Source: an uncultured virus (IMG/VR IMGVR_UViG_3300042886_000142)
Lineage: Duplodnaviria > Heunggongvirae > Uroviricota > Caudoviricetes
Length of the DNA stretch: 20,000 nucleotides
Reading direction: 5' to 3' (one strand)
IMG/VR virus record: IMGVR_UViG_3300042886_000142
The notes beneath the pieces were generated by a model. The model did not search any database. It was not told where the DNA came from and saw only the letters and a program-made list of their open reading frames with translations. This document shows positions 1-8,900 of the stretch, piece by piece. Made by a program: the position numbers and the translations under genes. The first letter of the stretch is position 1; each line of letters opens with the position of its first letter.

Positions 1-1
1 T

Positions 2-2728
2 ATCGGTGGTGGATATTGTAATTTTGTAAAAGGACAATATGGTAGTTATAATAGTAAAGCATCAACTATTAGTGGAGGAAGAAATAATTATACCTGTGGT
101 TCATATATTAGCATTAGTGGTGGATTACGAAATTGTGCAACTGGTGCTTGTTCAACTATTGGTGGTGGTAAATGTAATGTTACAAGTTACGCTGGTTCAA
201 CAATAAGTGGTGGTTCTTATAATATTGCTTCTAATAGTTATTCAACAGTTGGAGGAGGATATTGTAACACTGCATCTGGTAATGATTCAATAGTAGGAGG
301 TGGTAATAGTAATACTGCTTCTGCTTGTAGTTCAACAATTGGTGGTGGTCGTAGCAATACTGCTACTAATTATTTTGCCACAATTGGTGGTGGTCAACAA
401 AACATTGCTTCTGGTCTTTATTCAGCAGTTGGTGGAGGTCAAGCTAATACTGCTTCTGGTTCTCGTTCAACAATTGGTGGTGGTGTTGCTAACACTGCTT
501 CTGGTTATCGTTCAACAATAGGGGGTGGTTATAGTAATACTGCTTCTGCTTATCATTCAACAATTGGTGGGGGTAAAACTAATACTGCTTCTGGCATCCG
601 TTCAACAGTTAGTGGTGGATATAGTAATATTGCTTATAATTTTAGTTCAACAGTTGGAGGTGGTCAATATAATAATGCTTCTGGTATAGGTTCAACAGTA
701 AGTGGTGGCGGAGTGAATTATTATAATTTTAGTTATTATAGTGCTGGTAATAGTGCTTTTGGAAATTCTTCAACAATTGGCGGTGGTCTTTTTAATATTG
801 CTTCTGGATGTAGTTCTTTTATTGGTGGTGGTTGTAGCAACACTGCTTCTGCTAATAGTTCAACAATAAGTGGTGGTCAAAGCAACACTTCTTCTAGTAA
901 TTTTTCAACAGTTGGTGGTGGTGTAATTAACACTGCTTCTAATCCTTATTCAACAGTTAGTGGTGGTTTACAAAACACTGCTTCTGGTAATTCTTCAACA
1001 GTAGGTGGTGGTAGAAATAATATTGCATCTGGTATTCAATCAGCAATTGGTGGGGGTTGTCAAAATACTGCTTCTGCAACTTATTCAACTGTTGGTGGTG
1101 GTAAATATAATACTAACAATAGTCAGTATTCTACAATTTCTGGTGGTTGTGGTAATATAATTCCAAATACACAAAATAATAGAAACACTATTGGTGGTGG
1201 AGTTTGTAATGTAATGATAGCTAATACAAGTGGTGCTACAATTAGTGGTGGTAGAGCTAATACTATAAGTAGTGGTAGTGGTAGTTGTTATATGACTATT
1301 AGTGGTGGTTGTTGTAATACTATTACTTCTGGTACTGCATCAACTATTGGAGGTGGGAAATGTAATACTACTTCGGCTTTTAGTGCAACAGTTAGTGGTG
1401 GATATAGTAATACTGCTTCTGCTGGTCGTGCAACAGTTGGAGGTGGTAGTAATAATGTTGCTTCTGTTTATTGGGCAACAGTTGGAGGTGGTAATGCAAA
1501 CAATGCTTGTGGTCAATCTTCAACAATAGGCGGTGGAACTTCTAATATTGCTTCTAGTAATTATTCAATAGTTGGTGGTGGTTATTCTAATGATGCTACT
1601 AATTCTTTTGCAATAGTTGGTGGTGGTAATGCAAACACTGCTTCTGGTAGTCGTTCTACAATAAGTGGTGGTCAATCAAATACTGCTTCTTCTTCTTATT
1701 CAACAATAGGAGGTGGTTTAAATAATATTGGTTCTGGTTGTTTCTCAACAATTAGTGGAGGTCAAGGCAATACTGCTTCTGGTACTCTTTCAAATACTGG
1801 AGGTGGTTTTTGCAACATTGCTTCTGGTAGTCTTTCAACAATTGGTGGTGGTCAATGTAACAGAAATTGTTCTGACTATTCAATAATTGGCGGTGGTGTA
1901 AGTAATTGTACAGATTACGGATGTTTGAATACCATTAGTGGTGGTATGACAAATAGAATGATTCATAATACCAATAGTATTATTGGGGGAGGTCAGAATA
2001 ACTCAATTTGTGGAAATATTGCTAATTCTTCTTATACTCGTGGTAATTCTATTTTGGGAGGTTATAATAACGCTATAAACAATATAAGTTACGCTACGGA
2101 ATCTCAAAATAATACAATAACTGGCGGAATATCCAATAGTATATTTGCATATAATTCTGCATATACCTGTTCTAATTTTATTGGTGGTGGTAAGAGTAAT
2201 GCAATTTGTTCTTCAAGTAGTGATAAAGCCAGTTATAATTCTATTATAGGTGGTAGAAGTAATAATATAACTGGTTTTTGTAACTCACATATTATTGGTA
2301 GTTACCTTTCTGTAACTGCCAATGACACAACATTTGTTCAAGCATTATCAAAAACAAGTGGTACGTTTAGAATTAAGCACCCAGAACCTATAAAAAACAA
2401 AACGCATTACTTACAACACTCGTTTGTTGAATCGCCTACTGCTGGAGATAATATTTATAGATATGTTGTTAAAGTAGTAGATGGTGTTGCTGAAATTGAA
2501 TTGCCAGAGTATTTCAAATTCCTAAATGAAAACACTCAAATTTGGGTAACGCCCAAAGAAGGTTTTGGAATTGCTTATGGAAAAGTAGATGAAAATTTAA
2601 AAAAAGTAACTATATTTGCTAACGAGGATTTAGAATATAACGTTCTTATCATAGGAACAAGAAAAGATAAAGATGCTATTGAAAATTGGAATGGTATTGA
2701 AATATTACAAAATAAAATAAATAAATAA
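2..2728 (+). CDS. Large Gly/Ser/Thr/Asn-rich repeat protein, probable tail fibre/adhesin (beta-helix-like 15-aa repeats plus globular C-terminal domain); 5'-truncated by the window edge
   Basis: The frame of the 713..2728 ORF has no stop back to position 2 (IGGGYCNFVKGQYG...), so at least 908 aa are visible. It has dozens of NTASGxxSTIGGGxx repeats and a non-repetitive C-terminal ~125 aa (SGTFRIKHP...LQHSFVESP...IELPEYF) of a type I recognise from phage fibre C-termini. Confidence 0.75.
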   Translation: MGGGYCNFVKGQYGSYNSKASTISGGRNNYTCGSYISISGGLRNCATGACSTIGGGKCNVTSYAGSTISGGSYNIASNSYSTVGGGYCNTASGNDSIVGGGNSNTASACSSTIGGGRSNTATNYFATIGGGQQNIASGLYSAVGGGQANTASGSRSTIGGGVANTASGYRSTIGGGYSNTASAYHSTIGGGKTNTASGIRSTVSGGYSNIAYNFSSTVGGGQYNNASGIGSTVSGGGVNYYNFSYYSAGNSAFGNSSTIGGGLFNIASGCSSFIGGGCSNTASANSSTISGGQSNTSSSNFSTVGGGVINTASNPYSTVSGGLQNTASGNSSTVGGGRNNIASGIQSAIGGGCQNTASATYSTVGGGKYNTNNSQYSTISGGCGNIIPNTQNNRNTIGGGVCNVMIANTSGATISGGRANTISSGSGSCYMTISGGCCNTITSGTASTIGGGKCNTTSAFSATVSGGYSNTASAGRATVGGGSNNVASVYWATVGGGNANNACGQSSTIGGGTSNIASSNYSIVGGGYSNDATNSFAIVGGGNANTASGSRSTISGGQSNTASSSYSTIGGGLNNIGSGCFSTISGGQGNTASGTLSNTGGGFCNIASGSLSTIGGGQCNRNCSDYSIIGGGVSNCTDYGCLNTISGGMTNRMIHNTNSIIGGGQNNSICGNIANSSYTRGNSILGGYNNAINNISYATESQNNTITGGISNSIFAYNSAYTCSNFIGGGKSNAICSSSSDKASYNSIIGGRSNNITGFCNSHIIGSYLSVTANDTTFVQALSKTSGTFRIKHPEPIKNKTHYLQHSFVESPTAGDNIYRYVVKVVDGVAEIELPEYFKFLNENTQIWVTPKEGFGIAYGKVDENLKKVTIFANEDLEYNVLIIGTRKDKDAIENWNGIEILQNKINK
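242..1860 (+). repeat. Degenerate ~45-bp coding tandem repeat (aatactgcttctggt...tcaacaattggtggtggt)
   Basis: Consecutive units such as NTASGSRSTIGGGVA / NTASGYRSTIGGGYS / NTASAYHSTIGGGKT / NTASGIRSTVSGGYS, interrupted by longer variant units near 710-770 and 1100-1330. Confidence 0.9.
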
Positions 2729-2733
2729 ATAAA

Positions 2734-3060
2734 ATGGAAAATTTCACAATTCACATCTTCGGTTACGGAGAAACACAAATCAATTCAAAAGATTTGTCAG
2801 TAAAAGTATCAACTGATACATTAACAACAGTAACGCCTTTAGTGGCTGGAATATTTGCTAAAAAACCAGCAGATAATCCAACTGTAATTACAGACTTTCA
2901 CGCTATTAACCTATTTGGTTATAACGATGTTCGTTGGACTGCAAAAGATAGCTTTAACGTAAAAGATGATGCTGACTTAAAACCACTTATCGATGCTTTA
3001 ATTGCTGAATTGCAAAAAGCAAAAGACACAACTACTACCACAACTACAATATTGGTATAG
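2734..3060 (+). CDS. Hypothetical protein with C-terminal poly-Thr tail (DTTTTTTTILV)
   Basis: 108-aa ORF 5 nt after the fibre gene stop, followed by a terminator hairpin. Confidence 0.8.
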   Translation: MENFTIHIFGYGETQINSKDLSVKVSTDTLTTVTPLVAGIFAKKPADNPTVITDFHAINLFGYNDVRWTAKDSFNVKDDADLKPLIDALIAELQKAKDTTTTTTTILV

Positions 3061-3078
3061 TGTTCTAGATTTATTAAG

Positions 3079-3114
3079 AAAAAGGTAAGATTTTTATTAG
3101 TCTTACCTTTTTTT
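3079..3114 (+). terminator. Rho-independent terminator
   Basis: Stem aaaaaggtaaga (3079-3090) / tcttaccttttt (3101-3112) with a 10-nt loop and a T tract. Confidence 0.75.
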
Positions 3115-3117
3115 GTT

Positions 3118-3125
3118 TATCTTTG
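3118..3125 (+). promoter_or_regulatory. Bacteroidota-type sigma70 -7 element (TAnnTTTG)
   Basis: TATCTTTG ~20 nt upstream of the sulfotransferase ATG, directly after a terminator. Confidence 0.7.
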
Positions 3126-3144
3126 TATATAAAATCAATTAGTT

Positions 3145-3966
3145 ATGAAGAAAAGAATTTTATTTAACTCCTCTCTTCCTAGAGCAGGATCAACTCTTCT
3201 GCAAAATATTATTGCAGATAACCCAGACTTTCATTGTACACCTACATCAGGATTCTTAGATCTTATATTAGGTGCAAAGCAAAGTTATAATAACTCATCA
3301 GAAGTAAAAGCACAAGATGCTGAACTAATGAAGAATGCTTTTGTAGGGTTTTGTCATAATGCTATGGATGGATATTTTAATGCTCTAACAGATAAACCTA
3401 TTGTCTTAGATAAGAATAGAGGTTGGGGAATACATATTAATCTAGCTAGTGAGTTCATGGTGTCTCCTAAAGTGGTATGTATGATTAGAGATGTAAGAGC
3501 TGTATATTCTTCTATGGAGAAAAACTTTCGTAAGAATCCTACACAAGAGAATCATGTTCAAAATCCTAATCAATTAGTAGGTACTACTCTTCAAAAGAGA
3601 ATTAACATATGGGCTGATGGACCACCAGTAGGTATATCTATGGATAGACTAAAAGATGTATTTGATCAGGGAATAGATAAGAAGATATTATTTATTCGTT
3701 ATGAAGATTTAATGGACTTTCCTGAACAAGAGATGAGACGCTTCTATGAGTATATGGAACTTCCATATTATGAAGGACACAACTTTGAAACTGTTACACA
3801 GCATACACATGAAAATGATGCTATACATGGAATATATGGTGATCATAAACTAAGAACAAAGTTTGAAAGAAAGCCTGATGATTTTGAAGAAATCTTAGGA
3901 TTTGAAATATGTCAATCAATTAAAAACACTTATCCTTGGTTCTTTACCAAATTTGGATACGTATAA
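3145..3966 (+). CDS. PAPS-dependent sulfotransferase family protein
   Basis: 5'-PSB-like loop SLPRAGSTLL, 3'-PB-like motif MIRDVRAVYSS and downstream IRYEDL motif. Confidence 0.88.
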   Translation: MKKRILFNSSLPRAGSTLLQNIIADNPDFHCTPTSGFLDLILGAKQSYNNSSEVKAQDAELMKNAFVGFCHNAMDGYFNALTDKPIVLDKNRGWGIHINLASEFMVSPKVVCMIRDVRAVYSSMEKNFRKNPTQENHVQNPNQLVGTTLQKRINIWADGPPVGISMDRLKDVFDQGIDKKILFIRYEDLMDFPEQEMRRFYEYMELPYYEGHNFETVTQHTHENDAIHGIYGDHKLRTKFERKPDDFEEILGFEICQSIKNTYPWFFTKFGYV

Positions 3967-3976
3967 ATCAACCAAT

Positions 3977-4846
3977 ATGAATATAATATTTGATATATCA
4001 GGAGGCTTAGGAAAGAATGTTCTTTCTACAGCTGTATTAAAAGCTATTAAGACTAAACATCCTAAAGCAAACGTAATTGTTCTTACATCTTATCCAGATG
4101 TGTTTATTGGTAATCCAAATGTAAACAAGGTGATAGTTCATGGAACCACATTAGGTCTTTATAAAGATTACATAATGGGTAAGGACACAAAGATTTTTAT
4201 TACAGATCCTTATACATGCTCTGATTACTTAACAGAATCAAAACATCTAATTGAAATATGGTGTAAACTATGTGAGGTGCCATATAATAATGAATTACCT
4301 GAGCTTTTTATATCTAAAACAGAAATAGAATACTTTGCTCCATTCTATAAATTAGATAAACCTATTCTTGCTATACAACCTAATGGTGGTCCTCAAGATC
4401 AACCATTAAAATATAGTTGGACAAGAGACATTCCTTCTCCAGTAATTAATGATGTAATACAACATTACAAAAAGAAATATACAATTGTACACATTAAACG
4501 TGATGATCAACCAATCTACGATGATACAGTAGGAGCTCTTGATTCATTTAGAAGTATAGCTGTTCTATTATCATTATCAGAAAGAAGACTTCTTATTGAT
4601 TCATCAGCTATGCATATTGCTATAGCTCTAGGACTTCCAAGTGTTGTATGTTGGATAGGAACAAATTCAAAGGTGTTTGGATATGAAATGAATACTAATA
4701 TAGATGCTAATGCTCCAGACAAAGAATTAAACTTAGATCATCCATATTTACAAAGACTTCCATTGTTTGAAGATATCTCTAGATGTCCATATACAGAACT
4801 AGGAAGTATATTCAATAGCGAAGACATAATTAAAGCATTGAAATAA
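3977..4846 (+). CDS. GT9 (ADP-heptose:LPS heptosyltransferase)-like GT-B glycosyltransferase
   Basis: N-terminal ISGGLGKNV..TAVLKAIK..HP and C-terminal IDSSAMHIAIALGLPSVVCW match the GT9 DSGxMHxAxAxGxP motif. The start is moved to ATG 3977 to avoid overlap with the sulfotransferase. Confidence 0.75.
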   Translation: MNIIFDISGGLGKNVLSTAVLKAIKTKHPKANVIVLTSYPDVFIGNPNVNKVIVHGTTLGLYKDYIMGKDTKIFITDPYTCSDYLTESKHLIEIWCKLCEVPYNNELPELFISKTEIEYFAPFYKLDKPILAIQPNGGPQDQPLKYSWTRDIPSPVINDVIQHYKKKYTIVHIKRDDQPIYDDTVGALDSFRSIAVLLSLSERRLLIDSSAMHIAIALGLPSVVCWIGTNSKVFGYEMNTNIDANAPDKELNLDHPYLQRLPLFEDISRCPYTELGSIFNSEDIIKALK

Positions 4847-5286
4847 TGGCAGTATATTGGTTTACAGGACAGCCTTCACATGGTAAAACAGTTTTGGCTA
4901 AATTGCTAAAAGAAGAACTACAGAAATACGATAGAGTTTTTCATATAGATGGTGATGATCTTAGAGCTCTTACATTAAACAAAGACTTCTCTGAACAAGG
5001 AAGAATAGATAATGTCAAAGGTGCACAAAAAATAGCACATTATTTACATAATAAAGATTATACAGTGGTAGTTTCACTCATTGCTCCATATAGATGGCAG
5101 AGAGAAGAACTAAAAACTATGCTTGGTGCAGATCTTGTAGAACTATATGTTCATACAACAGAACCAAGAGAAAGAGATCATTTTAGTGTAAAAGATTATG
5201 AAGCTCCCTTAGAGAACTTTATAGATGTAGACACTACAGATGATACACCAGAAGAATCATTTGCTAAAATTTTAAAACTAATATAA
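4846..5286 (+). CDS. cysC: Adenylyl-sulfate (APS) kinase, compact form
   Basis: WFTGQPSHGKT P-loop, IDGDDLR, FSEQGRIDNV, VSLIAPY and YEAP motifs. Translationally coupled (TAATG) to both neighbours. Confidence 0.88.
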   Translation: MAVYWFTGQPSHGKTVLAKLLKEELQKYDRVFHIDGDDLRALTLNKDFSEQGRIDNVKGAQKIAHYLHNKDYTVVVSLIAPYRWQREELKTMLGADLVELYVHTTEPRERDHFSVKDYEAPLENFIDVDTTDDTPEESFAKILKLI

Positions 5287-5717
5287 TGGGATGGAGTAAA
5301 AAAGTGCATGTAGAATCTTCTATGCAACCAAAAGATTCACAATATGCAATGTTTGTAGGAAGATGGCAACCTTTACATGAAGGTCATGTAAAACTTTTTC
5401 AACAAGCAGTATTAGAGGGTAAAAATCTTTTAATATGTGTAAGAGATGGAGAGGTTAATGATAAAAACCCTTATACGTCAAAACAAGTAAAAAAAGCAAT
5501 AAAGGGCATGAGTAAAAATTGGTGGACAGAGGATATTTTACCTTTAATAGATAAATTAAAACCAAAAGTAAAAGTAATAATAATACCTGATATTTGCTCG
5601 GTTGAATTTGGAAGAGGTGTTGGTTATGATATAATAGAGCATATACCGCCTACAGAGATAGCAGAGATATCAGCTACAAAGGTTAGAGAACAAATGCGTA
5701 AAGATGGTGAGTTATGA
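5286..5717 (+). CDS. HxGH (cytidylyltransferase-like/NMNAT-like) nucleotidyltransferase
   Basis: MFVGRWQPLHEGH motif, NPY motif and C-terminal EISATKVR (ISST-like) motif. Confidence 0.82.
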   Translation: MGWSKKVHVESSMQPKDSQYAMFVGRWQPLHEGHVKLFQQAVLEGKNLLICVRDGEVNDKNPYTSKQVKKAIKGMSKNWWTEDILPLIDKLKPKVKVIIIPDICSVEFGRGVGYDIIEHIPPTEIAEISATKVREQMRKDGEL

Positions 5718-5923
5718 ATGTAGAAAAGAAAAGACACATAGCAAAAACTGTAAGCTATAGACTAATAAGTACATTGATTGGATTTGCACTTATGTTAGTT
5801 ATAACAGGATCAGTAAAGATGGGAGCTGCATTTGGTGTAGCAGAATTACTCTACAAACCTATACAATATTATATACATGAAAGAATATGGTATCGCTGGA
5901 TTAAATATGGATTAATAAAATAA
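5714..5923 (+). CDS. DUF2061-like small membrane protein
   Basis: RHIAKTVSYRLIST...ITGS...YYIHERIW pattern with two hydrophobic segments; ATGA overlap with the upstream gene. Confidence 0.75.
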   Translation: MNVEKKRHIAKTVSYRLISTLIGFALMLVITGSVKMGAAFGVAELLYKPIQYYIHERIWYRWIKYGLIK

Positions 5924-5924
5924 A

Positions 5925-5949
5925 AAAAACCCTCTATATGAGGGTTTTT
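5925..5949. terminator. Bidirectional intrinsic terminator between convergent genes
   Basis: aaaaaccctc-tatat-gagggttttt, a perfect 10-bp stem flanked by A and T tracts; it overlaps the stop of the minus-strand gene. Confidence 0.8.
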
Positions 5950-8900
5950 ATTTGGTCTATCACCATTTGTGGTGTTATACTCTTCTGACATTCGAACTGT
6001 CTCTCTGTACCTTCATGCACTGGACACCAATTATAATTTCCTTTATCAAACTTATATTGTGGATCATTCCAACATCCATGACACACACTTGTATTCACTG
6101 GTCTTAAACATTCAAACTCGTGATGCTTATCAGTGAAGTTAGAGATCATTATCACTTCTTTACCAAGGCCCCAAGCTAACCAGCTAAGCCCACTAGATAG
6201 TCCTATAAAGAACTTGCTTTCATCAATAACACGCATAGTGTTAGTCATTGAGGTGTCAAGTAATCCTTGACAGTTGTCAAATGGATTCTTTTCTAATGAT
6301 GTATTAATCACTTTATATCCTTGCTCATGCAAGTAGTTAATCACCTCTTGCCAAGCTTCTCTTGTCCAGAACTTACATCCTGCTGTACTATTAGTTGCAA
6401 TAGTTATATACATACCTTGCTCATGTGATTTTTTATATGCAAGTCTTGGTTTGATTTCTTTATAAGGAAGACCTAGAATATTTGTAGCTGTCTGCTGTAA
6501 TGGTATAGTGTTAGGAAGAACAGGTTCTTTGTTCTCATTATAGAACCAACCAATTTTGTACATAGCATATATATTATTGACAGCTGTTCCTGGAGCTACA
6601 AACTCTAGCATTGGATATTCTTTTTCAAACAAGAAGTTTTTGAATGTACTAACAATCACTTCACAGTTGTGTAAACATCTAAACTCTTCTACATATGGTA
6701 TCCAAGCTATTGTATCTCCTAAAGAAGAACTATCAAAAGCTATGTACACTCTTCTATTCTCTAGCTGTACGAACTTATCGTATACTTTCTCTCCATCTTT
6801 ATACACAACGGTTCTCCACTTAGTATAATACTCTCTAGCAAGTTTTATCCAGTGGTTACATTTGATTACATCGCTATGAACTAATTGCTCACCATCATAA
6901 AACTCTACACGAAAGTCACTAGTAGATGTACCAGTTATCTCTAAGAATGGTTGTCCAACAAAGTTTTGTGTTATATTATAATCTTTTATCTCATTTTTGT
7001 GTGGAATAACAGACATTACATTTTTATACAGGTTTGCATGAATTTTTCCGAAAACTTCAGACGTATTATCTGTAGGAACATCATATTTCATTAGTAGTCC
7101 CAGTATTGGAGAGTTTAAATCTACACTCTCTGCTATATAATTAGTATACATATCTTTATATTGTGGAAGATTTTTAGCTATTATAGGTAGGCCATAACTT
7201 ACAGCTTCTTTAAGTACAATAGGATTACATTCCCATGTGCTGTTAAACATAAACACATCAGCAGCTAACATAAAATGATGAATATCATTTCGTTCTCCCC
7301 ATATCTTTACATTAAAAGGTAGATCTTTCATAAGAGGTTCCCAGTAGTCTTTGAAGTTACCAGCTTGGTTACCTATGAAGTGAAACATCACCTTAGGATA
7401 TTTACGAGCAATAGCTAATCCTTCAGCTTGATTCTTACCAGGAGTCCAAAGTCCTACATTTATAACATGTCTACCACCAAGGCTCATACCTAAAAGTTCT
7501 TTATACTGTCTCTTTAATGTCTTAGATACTGGTTCTTTGTCTATAGGATATTCAATCACTTCTTTATATCCATCAAGACTGGCAAATGTATCTACATGAT
7601 AGGGAGTACAGAATGCATATGCATCTGGTGTAAACATCTTAGTCTCTGGTACAAAAGATACATCATGACATGTTTCTACTATTCTATACTTTCTACTAGG
7701 AGAATATAGTTTAGTGATCATCTCTCTATCCATTCTCTCAGACATTTCATCTATATGGATAACATCTGGTTGCCATCCATCTATTATATCAAACAGTTTC
7801 ATTTTATCTTCCCATAGTGTATGGAAGTGTGGATCTACAATATCCATGATTTGATTTCTTTGTACAACATAATCAATACCATGACATTGATATTCTACAA
7901 CAAAAATCTCTATATCTGTATTAGCTTGTAATGCCTCTATTCTTTTAAGAAGAAACTGAGGCATACCACCTGTAGATAGATGAGGTGCAAGGAACATCAC
8001 TCTCATAGGTTTAGACATCTTAGACATCATTTTAGACATTGCTATAGGATCTTTCTCTCCATGTAAGAAGAATAAGTCTTGCTCACTAACTGGTAACTTA
8101 AACCATGATTCTATATACTTGCCCCAATTGTCTTCTTCATATATCTTATCTAACTTATCAAGGCCAGCATTAGTATATATATAAGGAAGACCTTCTAAGA
8201 ATCTATGTTTCCATAATAATACATTCACTATTGTCTCTTCGTGATAAGGAGCATAATATTGAGGATTCTTTAACACCTCTGGGTGATTACACATCCAACT
8301 CCATTCATCTAAAAATGGTATACTGTTATGACCAGCTACAAAGTAACCAGTTTGTCTATACTTATCTCTAATGTTTTGATGTACACCAAACAACTGGCAT
8401 GCTGGATATTCTAATGTCTTAACTAGTTCAGTGCTTCCTCTTCCATTAATAAATAGATAGTCATATATACCCTCTGTGAAATACGGAAATTCCGAATTTA
8501 TAGGATGATAGTTGAATATTCTATCTACATACTTAGTAGCTATAGAATCAGAATCTACATAACATACTCTCTTAGCAAAGTTCTCAAGAGCATGTTTAAC
8601 TACAAGAGGTCTTTGTATTAATAGATTGTATATTCTAGAATCAGTTCTATCTATATAAGTGTTCTTAGGTAAGTCTTCAATATCAGATTGCCAATATATA
8701 GTCTTTGCTCCAGGAACCTCACTGTGACAATCTAACATGTATACTAAAACAGGAATCTTACTCATCTTGTTAAGACTTTCTACAGCAGCACATACAACAC
8801 TGTAATAAGATGCATTTGCATATAATACGTACATTTTCTCCTCTTTTATACGTGTATGCGTATAATAGCCATAATATTGATTTCTATATATACAACTAAG

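Noticed and set aside
713..715. GTG start of the fibre gene at 713
   Set aside because: The frame is open and the repeat continues to the window start, so the true start lies upstream of position 1.
300..1529. Hydrophobic ORFs 300..521 and 1302..1529 (V/L/Q-rich)
   Set aside because: They are alternative-frame shadows of the 45-bp fibre repeat; their composition is an artefact of ggt/gct/tca codons read out of frame.
242..1860. Possible CRISPR array or DGR template/variable repeat
   Set aside because: Repeats are degenerate, codon-phased and lack unique spacers; no cas or reverse transcriptase gene and no adenine-specific TR/VR pair is visible.
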